A stretch of 64,000 nucleotides of DNA, from assembly GCA_038131935.1 (NCBI GenBank), contig JAYPQH010000033.1:1-64000 (forward strand), in the 5' to 3' direction. This DNA comes from Alphaproteobacteria bacterium (lineage in GTDB: Bacteria; Pseudomonadota; Alphaproteobacteria; UBA8317). Position 1 is the first letter of the stretch. Every line of letters begins with the position of its first letter. The notes below the pieces were generated by a model, which saw only the letters and a program-made list of their open reading frames with translations, had not been told where the DNA came from and ran no database searches. Positions 47,005 to 57,292 of this stretch are shown piece by piece. A program made the translations under genes and the position numbers.

Positions 47005-47556
47005 ATGGGCATACAACTCAAGGCGCCTAATCAAGATAATGTTGTCGTTGTTGTTGATGACGAAATATCTTTTGCTAACCGTATGGGTCGCGCTCTTGAG
47101 CGTATTGGATTTCAAGTTGAAGTTGCTGGAAATACCCAAGATGCACGGGGCATAATTGAGAGCAAAACACCCAAATATGCTGTGTTTGACATGCGGCTTC
47201 CTGATGGAAATGGATTAGACTTGGTGAAGCAGCTGAATGAGCGAAGGCCAGATGCATCTATTGTTGTATTAACGGGCTTTGGTAATCTGACAACAGCTGT
47301 AACATCCGTTAAATTGGGAGCTAAAGATTATCTTGCCAAACCATCTGATGCTGATGATGTTGCGCGGGTATTACTTAGCCAAACCGATGAGCTCCCAGAG
47401 CCACCTGAACAACCAATGTCTGCCGATCGTGTTCGTTGGGAACATATTCAGAGGGTTTTTGAGCAATGTAACCGAAACGTGTCTGAAACAGCACGACGGT
47501 TAGCCATGCACCGTCGTACCTTACAGCGGATATTGGCGAAGAGAAGTCCACGTTAA
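47005..47556 (+). CDS. regA: RegA/PrrA/ActR response regulator
   Basis: Receiver domain plus the signature MSADRVRWEHIQRV...NVSETARRL.MHRRTLQRILAKRSPR. Confidence 0.97.
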   Translation: MGIQLKAPNQDNVVVVVDDEISFANRMGRALERIGFQVEVAGNTQDARGIIESKTPKYAVFDMRLPDGNGLDLVKQLNERRPDASIVVLTGFGNLTTAVTSVKLGAKDYLAKPSDADDVARVLLSQTDELPEPPEQPMSADRVRWEHIQRVFEQCNRNVSETARRLAMHRRTLQRILAKRSPR

Positions 47557-47564
47557 GCACAACA

Positions 47565-48728
47565 CTATTTTTCGTGGCCAATCGCTAACGATTCTAAAAG
47601 AACAGGTATGTTTTTCTTCACCTGGAAAAAACCCTTTTTACAATAGGGCCAAACCAACTGGTCATATACCCTCGCGGGTTGTAGGAAATTGGTTTGTTCA
47701 GACTGTATCTCAGAATTCATCTTATCAAAAAATGTCCCAACGGGGCCTACAAATGGACGTGGAATAATCCAAGGTTTTGGTGCACCAATAAGATGTTCCA
47801 AAAGTTCAGATGGGGCTATAACCTCGCCACCTTTTTCTGAAGCCATGTCTTGGCTAGATTGTTGCGCAAAATCGAGAACTTTATGCGACATATGCTGGGC
47901 ACGATGGGCGGCAAGGCTGACAACAAAAGTTCTCGCTGGTTGGCACAAATTCTGCCAATATTGATCACCGTCGAAATCATCGTCATGAAGAATTAATGTA
48001 CCACCAGGACGAATGGTTTCATGGGATTCCAACAAGGGGTTTATTGCAGGTGGATGTGGTAGCGTTTGAAGTGGCTCGGCGACTTCATTAAGAAGATGAC
48101 CAGGGTCATGCCGACCGTCTGTGTACCGCAAAATATTATCCCGTCGGGCTACATAATTTTTGCCAATGGTGTGCAATCCTCCTACCCAACGCCAAGATAA
48201 GGTATTGGATGCGGTGTCGCCATCTAAAAGATTTTCCATGAATAATCGCGCACCTAATTGCCATGGAAGGCCCAATGTGAATATCCAAATGCTCGCAAAC
48301 CACATACGTGCGTGATTATGAAGATATCCAGTATCACGAAGTTCTTGGAGCCAATAACGCATACAATCTGGTCCAAGCTTTTTCTCATTCAGATCAAGTA
48401 AAGCAAAGATATCACCTTGTTGTTTCGCCAAGTAAGTTGTGAGGTCATGCCAAACCCAAGGTCTATGTTCTAACCAACCTCGAAAATAGCCACGCCAAAA
48501 TACTTCTTGAATAAACTTTTCTGCCTGGGCGTCTGTATGATGATGCAGGATTTCTGAGAGAACTTCTGTTTCTGTAACAATTCTGCCCCGAAGATAAGGT
48601 GAAAGTTGGGAGACATAATGATGCTGCTCTGGGCCAAAATCAAAATTTCTTTTTTGTTCGTAAGAAAGCCCTGCCCTTGGTGCAAATGATTTCAAATGGT
48701 TAAGGGCATTTGTACGAACGGTTGCCAT
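47565..48728 (-). CDS. Short photolyase with an N-terminal FAD-binding domain (NewPHL-like)
   Basis: VSQLSPYL, EKFIQEVFWRGY, GYLHNHARMWFASIW and LLDGD.ASNTLSWRWV.G all lie in the N-terminal half; about 390 aa. Confidence 0.82.
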   Translation of the reverse strand: MATVRTNALNHLKSFAPRAGLSYEQKRNFDFGPEQHHYVSQLSPYLRGRIVTETEVLSEILHHHTDAQAEKFIQEVFWRGYFRGWLEHRPWVWHDLTTYLAKQQGDIFALLDLNEKKLGPDCMRYWLQELRDTGYLHNHARMWFASIWIFTLGLPWQLGARLFMENLLDGDTASNTLSWRWVGGLHTIGKNYVARRDNILRYTDGRHDPGHLLNEVAEPLQTLPHPPAINPLLESHETIRPGGTLILHDDDFDGDQYWQNLCQPARTFVVSLAAHRAQHMSHKVLDFAQQSSQDMASEKGGEVIAPSELLEHLIGAPKPWIIPRPFVGPVGTFFDKMNSEIQSEQTNFLQPARVYDQLVWPYCKKGFFQVKKNIPVLLESLAIGHEK

Positions 48729-48803
48729 GATCTCTCTCCTTATGGATTTGATCACAATTAATTCCGTTTACCAATAAAACCAGCATATTGCGTATTTTAA
48801 TTT

Positions 48804-49868
48804 TTATTTCATGTCAGGGATAAAAAACTTTGCCTCTAAAATTTTACGAGCCGTTCGTAGCAAATTGGCGCGTCGGACAACCAAACCTTGATCATCTTCC
48901 TCACAATGAACCTCAATTCCAATTTTGCCAGCTGGATGATGGATTTCTACCTGATGGTGGCCTGCGTTCCATGGATATGTACAAGCCACGGTTCCTTCCG
49001 TTGTCATCGCTGTTGCCACACCCACAGCACCGGTAATGGCATGCGATGTATGGCATTTATGGGGTGTAAAATAACGAGACTGAATATGATGAACATCATC
49101 AAGATGCGAGACCAACACAGGTTTAGGTATCACCAGATGGGTAACGTCACCAAGACCCATCCGCTTGCCAGCTTCAAGACGAATTTTTTCGCGTAAGCTC
49201 ACAAATTGCTCATGGTTATCAAGTTCATGGGGCTTTTCATTTCCCAAAAAACCAAGTTGATCCGCCCGCATCATCACCAAAGGCATAGCAGCATCTATAC
49301 ATGTCACATCTATACCCTGGATCACTTCTTGTCTGTGTCCCGTTGGAAACAAATGCCCCGTGACCCCACCAAAAGCATCGTGAAAGCTCAATCTAATAGG
49401 AGATGCGGGATTTTTTACACCATCAATATGGGTTAGACCGTCATAAACTGGAACGCCTTTGGGGGTTTGAATGGTTGCATCTATGCGGCTTTTTGTATTG
49501 ACATTGTGAATGCGCACAACTGTTTCACAATCTGTTGCAGGAACAAGTCCTTGTTCGATGGCAAAGGGACCAACGCCGCTTAACATGTTACCACAATTGG
49601 GTTTGCTGTCAGCAATCGCTTTTGTTGGATCTATTTGGACAAATAAGTAATCAACATCGCAGTCTCCTCTCGTTGAAGGTGAGACAATAGCCACTTTACT
49701 GGTAAGCGTTGTACCACCGCCTACACCTTCCAGCTGAAGAGGATCATGTGAACCTATGGCGTGAATGAGAATATGATCCCTTTGATCTTGATCAATGGGA
49801 AGATCTCTACCTAAAAAAAACAGCCCTCGTGATGTTCCCGCGCGCATCATGGTTGCATTTATGGTCAT
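48804..49868 (-). CDS. PrpF/FldA family isomerase (4-oxalomesaconate tautomerase-like)
   Basis: MRAGTSRG, GGG..LTSKVAI, NCGN, HPAG and RTARK. Confidence 0.9.
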   Translation of the reverse strand: MTINATMMRAGTSRGLFFLGRDLPIDQDQRDHILIHAIGSHDPLQLEGVGGGTTLTSKVAIVSPSTRGDCDVDYLFVQIDPTKAIADSKPNCGNMLSGVGPFAIEQGLVPATDCETVVRIHNVNTKSRIDATIQTPKGVPVYDGLTHIDGVKNPASPIRLSFHDAFGGVTGHLFPTGHRQEVIQGIDVTCIDAAMPLVMMRADQLGFLGNEKPHELDNHEQFVSLREKIRLEAGKRMGLGDVTHLVIPKPVLVSHLDDVHHIQSRYFTPHKCHTSHAITGAVGVATAMTTEGTVACTYPWNAGHHQVEIHHPAGKIGIEVHCEEDDQGLVVRRANLLRTARKILEAKFFIPDMK

Positions 49869-50090
49869 CTTTTCCACCTCTTGATCCATCTATCTCATGT
49901 TCAGCCATAACTTCGGAAAGCTGTCAAATGATGCTCAAAGAATTTTTTGCTTAAACGAGAAGAAATCAAATTTTTTCAAAAGATATTGTAATATGATGAT
50001 TTCCATGGAGTTCGAGCGTTTTTTCCCCCGACGAATATGTGAAAGAAAATAGCGTTGCCAATCAATGAATGGTGATGTCATAAAGTCGCT

Positions 50091-50804
50091 ATGGAACAGG
50101 TTATTCTTCTTGCCGTATTTTCATCAATTACCTCCCTGGTCACTGCAGTAGCTGGGCTGGGAGGGGGTGTTCTCCTGTTGGCATTAATGGCACAGCTGTT
50201 GAACCCTATGTTGTTGATACCTTTGCACGGAATTGCACAGTTTTTTTCTAACTTTAACCGTGGTCTGGTGCATCGCCATCAACTCCAATGGCGTTATCTC
50301 ATACCTTTTATGGTAGGCTCAGCAGCAGGTGCGTTCGCCTTTTTGCCTCTTGTGGTCATGGTAGATGATCGCTGGGGTGGGCTTGCCTTGGGGATATTTA
50401 TCCTCATTGCAACATGGCGTCCCCATTGGTTGAAATTGCAAAAAATGCCCGCCCTCATCGGGGGAGCTATTACAAGTGGCTTAGGTGTTTTGTTCGGTGC
50501 TTCTGGTCCTTTGGCCATGTCTGCACACCCAAAGGAGACTTGGAACAAATTACAAATTGTTGGTAACCACGGGGCAGCAATGGCGTTCCAACATGGCATT
50601 AAAGTGGTGGCTTACATGGTTGGAGGGGTTCAATTATGGGGCTATATCCCTGAGATCATCGCTTTGTTTGTGGGGGCTTGGCTGGGAACATGGGTGGGCA
50701 CGTTGGTGCTTCACAAATTGACAGATGACCGATTTAAAACCTTACTAAATATCGTACTAACGGTTCTTGCTCTGCGTTTGGTTATTATCCATTTGTTTCC
50801 GTAA
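50091..50804 (+). CDS. TauE/SafE (TSUP) family membrane transporter
   Basis: G.GGG motif and about eight hydrophobic segments. Confidence 0.8.
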   Translation: MEQVILLAVFSSITSLVTAVAGLGGGVLLLALMAQLLNPMLLIPLHGIAQFFSNFNRGLVHRHQLQWRYLIPFMVGSAAGAFAFLPLVVMVDDRWGGLALGIFILIATWRPHWLKLQKMPALIGGAITSGLGVLFGASGPLAMSAHPKETWNKLQIVGNHGAAMAFQHGIKVVAYMVGGVQLWGYIPEIIALFVGAWLGTWVGTLVLHKLTDDRFKTLLNIVLTVLALRLVIIHLFP

Positions 50805-50850
50805 ATGAGGTTAAGACTTCAGACATGACCGAACATAAACCCAATAGGGC

Positions 50851-51072
50851 TCAGTTGTCGCTGCGTTGGATACGGCTACAGATAATACGGGAAATGGGAA
50901 GCATCATTACAGCCGTTAAGCCACCGGATGACATAGCAAGAAGCCAGTGAATTAAGAATGCATAGCCAAAATGCATGTTTGCTGTTGTTTCCATCGCGAT
51001 GGTGATGCCACCTGCCGCAGCACAGGTTGTTGTCAATCCCATGCAGAGGCCCCGAACCATGGTGGGGCTCAT
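50851..51072 (-). CDS. Small two-TM membrane protein (DUF2798-like)
   Basis: GGAGG RBS, two hydrophobic helices with a W..A..P..R pattern; downstream of the aldolase on the same strand. Confidence 0.5.
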   Translation of the reverse strand: MSPTMVRGLCMGLTTTCAAAGGITIAMETTANMHFGYAFLIHWLLAMSSGGLTAVMMLPISRIICSRIQRSDN

Positions 51073-51137
51073 AAGTCTACCTCCAGTCTTCCTTCATATG
51101 AAGACTAGCATAAAAATCCATCATTTGTCCTGCGACT

Positions 51138-51806
51138 TTAAGGGGATGAGGCGCCATGTCTCGTTTGCTGACCATAATGACCAAATTTGTCTAATACTTC
51201 TGACATTTGTTTTTGTGTGAGAAGAGGAACATTTTTGTGTAATGAACGCAGCTGAAAATAACATTGAGCAAGTTCTTCGATCAATTCTGCACGCTCGTAG
51301 GCCAATTGAGGACTTTGCGCACATGCAATCACTCCATGATGTTGCATGAGGCAACCATGATATTCTTGTCCAATTGTTTCGATAATGTGATTGGCCAATT
51401 CCTCTGTTCCAAATAATGCATAGGGTGCACAAGGAATCTTATCACCTCCTAAGGCTGCTACCATATAGTGAAATGCTGGTATGGGTAGACTGGCACAAGC
51501 TAAGCTGGTTGCATAAGAGGAATGTGTATGCACAATACATTGAACATCTGAACGGGCTGCATACAAGCGAAGATGAAAAAGCCATTCTGATGATGGAAGC
51601 CAGGATGTATCTGCCACCTGGCCATCTTGTTGGACTTTGACAATCTTAGAGGCGTTCAGCTCGGACGCTGCAACGCCTGTTGGGGTTATATACATACCAT
51701 CAGTGGTTCTTATTGAAATATTTCCAGAACGACCTGCGCTCAGACCCTCTCGGGACATTCTCTGAGCTAGTTCGATAACTTGTTTCACTGCCTGCGAAAT
51801 CGCCAT
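51138..51806 (-). CDS. Class II aldolase/adducin family protein (FucA-like)
   Basis: SGNIS, ITPTG, PSSEW.FH, HTHS and HHG zinc ligands. Confidence 0.9.
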   Translation of the reverse strand: MAISQAVKQVIELAQRMSREGLSAGRSGNISIRTTDGMYITPTGVAASELNASKIVKVQQDGQVADTSWLPSSEWLFHLRLYAARSDVQCIVHTHSSYATSLACASLPIPAFHYMVAALGGDKIPCAPYALFGTEELANHIIETIGQEYHGCLMQHHGVIACAQSPQLAYERAELIEELAQCYFQLRSLHKNVPLLTQKQMSEVLDKFGHYGQQTRHGASSP

Positions 51807-51899
51807 CCGTGTACACCCCTCAAAACCATCTTTTTTATCCTTACAATTTGCTCTACACCAGAGAACGTCACATGAACATATTCTGGAGAGGATGAAGTT

Positions 51900-52745
51900 A
51901 TGAAATTAGGACGACTGGGCCCTATCGGTCAGGAAAAACCAGCAATTATGGATGCAGAAGGTAATTGGCGGGACTTATCGAGCCATATTTCTGATATCAC
52001 ACCAGCAACATTAGCCGATGGAGCTCTGGAAAAAATCAGATCTCTTAACCTAGAGGAATTACCGTTAGCAGATCAAAATCAACGCGTGGGTGCATGTGTA
52101 GGTGATATCCATAATTTTATTTGTATTGGTCTGAATTACGCACAACATGCCGCAGAAACAGGTGCAGATATCCCAAAAGAGCCTATCGTGTTCAACAAAA
52201 CAACATCTGCCGTTTGCGGTCCTAATGATCATATTATCATTCCAAGAAATTCGATCCATACGGATTGGGAGACAGAATTAGGGGTGGTTATTGGTAAGAG
52301 AGCCCATTATGTCTCTGAAGAGGATGCCCTGGACTATGTGGCTGGTTATTGTGTCATCAATGATGTTTCGGAACGCACCTTCCAAAAAGACCGTGGTGGT
52401 CAGTGGACAAAGGGTAAGTCATCTGAAAACTTTGGCCCAACAGGGCCTTGGCTGGTAACAGCTGACGAAGTGTCTGATCCACAAAACCTAAATCTCTGGT
52501 TGAAGGTTAATGGCCAAATGATGCAGAACAATTCAACATCAGATATGATTTTCAATCTTCGACAAATTATCGCTCACCTGACCGAATTTATGGTTCTTAG
52601 CCCAGGCGATGTGATTGCAACGGGAACACCAGAGGGCGTTGGTTCTGGCATGAATCCACCAGTATACCTCAAGCCAGGTGATGTCGTTGAGTTAGGCGTT
52701 GAAGGTCTAGGTGTACAGCGCCAAGAAGTGGTTGCTGCATCTTAA
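51900..52745 (+). CDS. Fumarylacetoacetate hydrolase family protein
   Basis: CIGLNY..H, DWE.ELGVVIG, NDVSER, GKS and GDVIATGTP.GVG. Confidence 0.93.
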   Translation: MKLGRLGPIGQEKPAIMDAEGNWRDLSSHISDITPATLADGALEKIRSLNLEELPLADQNQRVGACVGDIHNFICIGLNYAQHAAETGADIPKEPIVFNKTTSAVCGPNDHIIIPRNSIHTDWETELGVVIGKRAHYVSEEDALDYVAGYCVINDVSERTFQKDRGGQWTKGKSSENFGPTGPWLVTADEVSDPQNLNLWLKVNGQMMQNNSTSDMIFNLRQIIAHLTEFMVLSPGDVIATGTPEGVGSGMNPPVYLKPGDVVELGVEGLGVQRQEVVAAS

Positions 52746-52773
52746 GTTTCCACTGATTTTTTTACGACTCCTG

Positions 52774-52805
52774 AGCCCCCTGATATCATGTCGGGGGGCT
52801 TTTTT
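52774..52805 (+). terminator. Rho-independent terminator after the FAH gene
   Basis: AGCCCCCTGATA-TCA-TGTCGGGGGGCT stem (with G-U pairs) followed by a T-run. Confidence 0.8.
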
Positions 52806-52869
52806 GATGCCCTTTTCAAGAGGGCATGTGATAGGTCATGATGGGTATGTCATAGTGATGGGGGAAAAT

Positions 52870-54318
52870 ATGTTATCTGTTCAAGAGCTCAAAAAAGAAG
52901 CCAACTTTATTGCTGGTTCCTGGATAAATGCTGACAATGGTGAAGTTCTTGAGGTCACCAATAAGGCAACAGGTGATGTGATTGGCACCATTCCAAAAGT
53001 AGGGGCCCTTGAAACACGTCGTGCAATCGATGCTGCGCACAGCGCTTTCTCGACTTTTTCAAAATTGACTGCAGCAGAGCGTGCTGAGATGCTCCATAAG
53101 ATGGCCTCACTCGTCCGCGAAAATGCTGACGATTTGGCCCATTTGCTTACCCTTGAACAAGGAAAACCTTTGGCCGAAGCAAAAGGGGAAGTCATGATTG
53201 GTGCTGCGTATATTCAATGGTATGCTGAAGAAGCACGCAGACTTTATGGAGAAATGATCCCATCGCCTTGGTCTGACAGACGTATTCTTGTCGCGCGCGA
53301 GCCTGTTGGTGTGTTTGCGGCGATTACACCATGGAATTTCCCATTTTCGATGATTGCAAGAAAAATGGGTGCAGGTTTGGCTGTGGGTTGTACTTGTGTC
53401 ATCAAGCCATCTGAATTTACCCCATATACAGGCCTTGTTTGGGGCGTTTTGGCAAAAGAGGCGGGAATCCCTGATGGTGTGGTTAATATTGTTACGGGGG
53501 ATCCCGCTGCCATTGGTGAGGAAATGACGTCCCATCCGGATGTTCGTAAAATCACATTCACGGGATCAACAAGGGTTGGAAAAATGCTGGCAGAGCGTGC
53601 TGGTAAGGCGATGAAAAGATATTCCATGGAATTGGGTGGTAACGCCCCTTTCTTGGTATTTGATGATGCTGATCTTGATGCCGCTGTTGAAGGCGCTTTG
53701 GCAGCGAAATACCGTAACGCCGGACAAACCTGTGTCTGTACAAATAGATTTTACATACAGGCTGGCATTTATGATGAATTTGCAGAGCGTTTAGCGGCGA
53801 AAGTAGCGCAGTTAAAAGTTGCGGATGGTTTCACCCCGGGAGCTGCTCAGGGACCGCTTATCAATCAAAACGCTTTAGCAAAGGTTGAAGCGCATGTTGC
53901 TGATGCGTTGAAAAAAGGTGGGACACTTATGACTGGTGGATCACCACATGAGCTGGGTGGAACGTTCTATCAACCCACGGTGATCCGAGACGGGCATCAG
54001 GAAATGACCATTGCGCATGAAGAAACATTCGGGCCGCTTGCTGTTTTGATAAAATTTGAAACTGAAGAAGAGGTGGTACGCTTTGCCAATAATACGGAGT
54101 ATGGATTGGCGGCCTATTTTTACACCAAAGATCTTGGCAGAACTTTTAGGGTTTCATCGGCTTTAGAATATGGGATGATAGGCGTTAATGCTGGTATCAT
54201 CACCACTGAGGTGGCTCCATTTGGTGGTGTGAAAGACTCTGGACAGGGTCGAGAAGGTGCACGCCATGGTCTGGATGACTATGTGAATATAAAATATCTT
54301 AGCATTGCTGGAATTTAA
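52870..54318 (+). CDS. gabD: NAD(P)-dependent succinate-semialdehyde dehydrogenase
   Basis: ITPWNFP, FTGST.VG, MELGGNAP, RNAGQTCVC, EETFGP and APFGGVK.SG.GREG. Confidence 0.9.
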   Translation: MLSVQELKKEANFIAGSWINADNGEVLEVTNKATGDVIGTIPKVGALETRRAIDAAHSAFSTFSKLTAAERAEMLHKMASLVRENADDLAHLLTLEQGKPLAEAKGEVMIGAAYIQWYAEEARRLYGEMIPSPWSDRRILVAREPVGVFAAITPWNFPFSMIARKMGAGLAVGCTCVIKPSEFTPYTGLVWGVLAKEAGIPDGVVNIVTGDPAAIGEEMTSHPDVRKITFTGSTRVGKMLAERAGKAMKRYSMELGGNAPFLVFDDADLDAAVEGALAAKYRNAGQTCVCTNRFYIQAGIYDEFAERLAAKVAQLKVADGFTPGAAQGPLINQNALAKVEAHVADALKKGGTLMTGGSPHELGGTFYQPTVIRDGHQEMTIAHEETFGPLAVLIKFETEEEVVRFANNTEYGLAAYFYTKDLGRTFRVSSALEYGMIGVNAGIITTEVAPFGGVKDSGQGREGARHGLDDYVNIKYLSIAGI

Positions 54319-54322
54319 AGCC

Positions 54323-54798
54323 ATGGCTTCCTCAGATAAGAAATCATCACGTCCACAACCTCATCCTAGGTCTTATTATCCCTTCATGCTCTCCATGACG
54401 ACGCGCTGGAATGACCAAGATATTTATGGCCATATGAACAATATGATTTATGGTGAGATGTTTGACACGGTGGTAAACCGTTTGCTGATTGATGGGGGTG
54501 TTCTGGACTTTAAGACATCCCCACGAATTGGCCTCGTGGTGTCAAGTTCTTATCAATTTTTTGAAGGTGTGAATTATCCTGAAACCTTGATGTAGGTGTA
54601 GGCATTCACCATATGGGAACGTCCTCTGTTGGCTATAGCTTTGCTTTGTTTCGTGCACAAGCAAGCCATGCGGCTGCACAGGGGCAATACACACATGTGT
54701 TTGTGGAACGAGCAACGCATAAACCTACTCCTATTTGGCCTGAGTTAAAATCACTTTTGGTTTCAAATTGGATACAAGATGGATCCCAATGCCCATGA
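54323..54798 (+). CDS. 4HBT/YbgC-like acyl-CoA thioesterase (1-nt deletion near 54587)
   Basis: TRWND.D.YGHMNN..Y, then G.SSV.Y...HVFV in the second frame. Confidence 0.85.
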
Positions 54799-56408
54799 TG
54801 GAACAACAAGAATTTTTAACTTTCGATTATGTTATTGTGGGTGCTGGTTCAGCAGGATGCGTTTTGGCAAACCGTTTGAGTGAAGATCCTGGATGTAGGG
54901 TTCTGCTACTCGAAGCAGGTGGCAAAGATAATTATCACTGGGTTCATATCCCTGTTGGGTACTTGTATTGCATTGGCAATCCGAGGACAGATTGGGGTTT
55001 TAAAACAAGTCCTATACCTGGGTTGAATGGTCGCTCGTTGTTATATCCTCGCGGGCGTATTATGGGGGGCTGTTCGTCCATCAATGGCATGTTGTATTTG
55101 CGTGGACAATCAGCAGATTACGATCACTGGCGGCAAATGGGAAATCTTGGCTGGGGATGGGATGATGTGCTGCCATATTTTATGAAGTCAGAAGATTATG
55201 TAGATGGTCCAGATGACCTACATGGTTCTGGTGGGGAATGGCATGTAGATAATCAGCGCCTGAGGTGGGAGGTGCTTGATGATGTTCACAAAGCATTCGT
55301 TGATTATGGTATACCAGCAACTGATGATTTCAATCGTGGTGACAATCATGGTGTTGGATATTTTAAAGTAAACCAGCGTCATGGATTTCGTTGGAATACC
55401 GTAAAAGCTTTTATCAAACCAGCACAAAACCGGCCAAACCTAACTGTGATGACACATGTACAAATTGAAAAATTGTTAATGGATGGGCGGAAAGTCTGGG
55501 GGGTTCAAGGTCAGCAAAAGGGTCAATTGCGTAAATTCAAGGCTGCAAGAGAAGTCATTTTGTCTGCAGGCGCAATCGGATCACCGCATATCATGCAACG
55601 TTCAGGTATTGGGCCCGCTGAACATCTCAACAATCTTGGTATCGAACCAGTCATCGACCATCCCGATGTTGGTGCCAACTTACAGGATCATTTACAGATT
55701 CGTTGCGCTTACAAAATGAAGGATGCACGTACCTTGAATACCTTGGCCAACAGTTGGTGGGGAAAATTATCCATCGGGATGCAATATGCCTTGCGCCGCA
55801 GGGGGCCTATGTCTATGGCCCCTAGCCAGCTTGGTGCGTTCGCCTATTCGTCGCCAGATTTGGAAACCCCCGATTTGGAGTATCATATCCAACCCGTGAG
55901 TTTGGATGCATTTGGCGAACCTCCACATCGTTTTCCAGCAATAACCATGAGTGTTTGCAATCTTCGGCCGCAAAGTCGGGGAACTGTATTGATACGTTCT
56001 TTGGATCCATCAGAGCAGCCAGATATTTCACCAAACTATCTTTCTGACCCTCATGATCGCCTTGTAGCTGCGCGTTCTATTCGATTGACCCGAGATATCA
56101 TGAGAGAAAAAGCTCTAGAGAAATATCAACCTGAAGAATTTAAGCCTGGGTATGAATTTGAAACAGATGACGAATTGGCAACAGCTGCTGGGGAAGTTGG
56201 GACCACAATTTTTCATCCTGTTGGGACCGCACGCATGGGGACTGACGATAAAGCCGTTGTAGATCCTCAACTCAAAGTAAGAGGCCTTGATGGGTTGCGG
56301 GTTGTTGATGCCTCGGTGATGCCAACTATTACCTCAGGAAATACAAATTCACCAACAATTATGATTGCCGAAAAAGCTGCAGATATGATCAAGGCGCAAG
56401 CTTTTTGA
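54795..56408 (+). CDS. GMC family flavin oxidoreductase (choline dehydrogenase-like)
   Basis: DYVIVGAGSAGC, RG..MGGCSSINGM, GANLQDH, HPVGT.RMG and GNTNSPTIMIAEK. Confidence 0.93.
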   Translation: MMEQQEFLTFDYVIVGAGSAGCVLANRLSEDPGCRVLLLEAGGKDNYHWVHIPVGYLYCIGNPRTDWGFKTSPIPGLNGRSLLYPRGRIMGGCSSINGMLYLRGQSADYDHWRQMGNLGWGWDDVLPYFMKSEDYVDGPDDLHGSGGEWHVDNQRLRWEVLDDVHKAFVDYGIPATDDFNRGDNHGVGYFKVNQRHGFRWNTVKAFIKPAQNRPNLTVMTHVQIEKLLMDGRKVWGVQGQQKGQLRKFKAAREVILSAGAIGSPHIMQRSGIGPAEHLNNLGIEPVIDHPDVGANLQDHLQIRCAYKMKDARTLNTLANSWWGKLSIGMQYALRRRGPMSMAPSQLGAFAYSSPDLETPDLEYHIQPVSLDAFGEPPHRFPAITMSVCNLRPQSRGTVLIRSLDPSEQPDISPNYLSDPHDRLVAARSIRLTRDIMREKALEKYQPEEFKPGYEFETDDELATAAGEVGTTIFHPVGTARMGTDDKAVVDPQLKVRGLDGLRVVDASVMPTITSGNTNSPTIMIAEKAADMIKAQAF

Positions 56409-57292
56409 GCGCAAATTCGACGGCTTCGGCCGCCATTTGGCCACAGAGCATAGTGGTTACGGCGGTTGGCAAGGGTGGCACAATATCTCCAGTAGACACG
56501 GCGAATATGAGATCACCATCATGGGGGGTATGAGATGGGTTTGATGGCGCGAGCCATTCCATCATGGGCCATTATTGCCATTCGTTTTAATTGTAATTTA
56601 TCCAATTTGGCATTGGTGATAACGACACCAATCGTGGTCTGTCCACCAGCCAATGACATGCCACCAAGCTTTGTCTCTGAAAGTGATATAAGACCCTCTT
56701 GGGCAATTCTGCCCACGGGATTTGCGATCATCATGCTTGCCACAACAATATCCTCGCATTGGCGAGAGGCGCAACTTAGGCCTCCACCAACAGCCGAACC
56801 ATCGCGTGCACCTGCGCCAGCACCATGTCGAGGCATGGGTTTGGAGGTGCCAAGTTGAGAAATGGCTTCTTGCGCTAAGGTTTCGTAGCAGCTTTTAAGG
56901 GCGAGGTTATTATGTGCAGGCTGAAGGTCATAAATAACAGCACCTGCAACGATGGGTACCACTGGAACATTGGTTTTGATGCGAACCCCTTGTCCTTGGT
57001 TATAAAGATATTCGCTCACCACAGATCCTGCAGCCAAACCGTGGGCCGATCCACCCGTGAAGAACAGTCCGTGGATGTCGTCTACCACATGCCCAGGCTG
57101 CAGCGCATCGATTTCTCGACTCCCAGGTGCGCCACCACGAACATCAACCGAACCCACACAGTTGTCAGGAAAGATTACTATAGATACACCTGTGTCAGGG
57201 CTGTGACGCGCTGCATGTCCTGACAATATGCCAGTTATGTCGTGAATGTCATCGCGATGTCCTGCTTTTGTGCCATGGAAATACGTATTCAC
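56389..57292 (-). CDS. P1/S58 (DmpA-like) peptidase (1-nt insertion near 56538)
   Basis: DVRGGAPGSRE, TGGSAHGL and TTIGVV.TNA; the corrected frame gives PSHTPHDGDLIFAVSTG. Confidence 0.85.
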
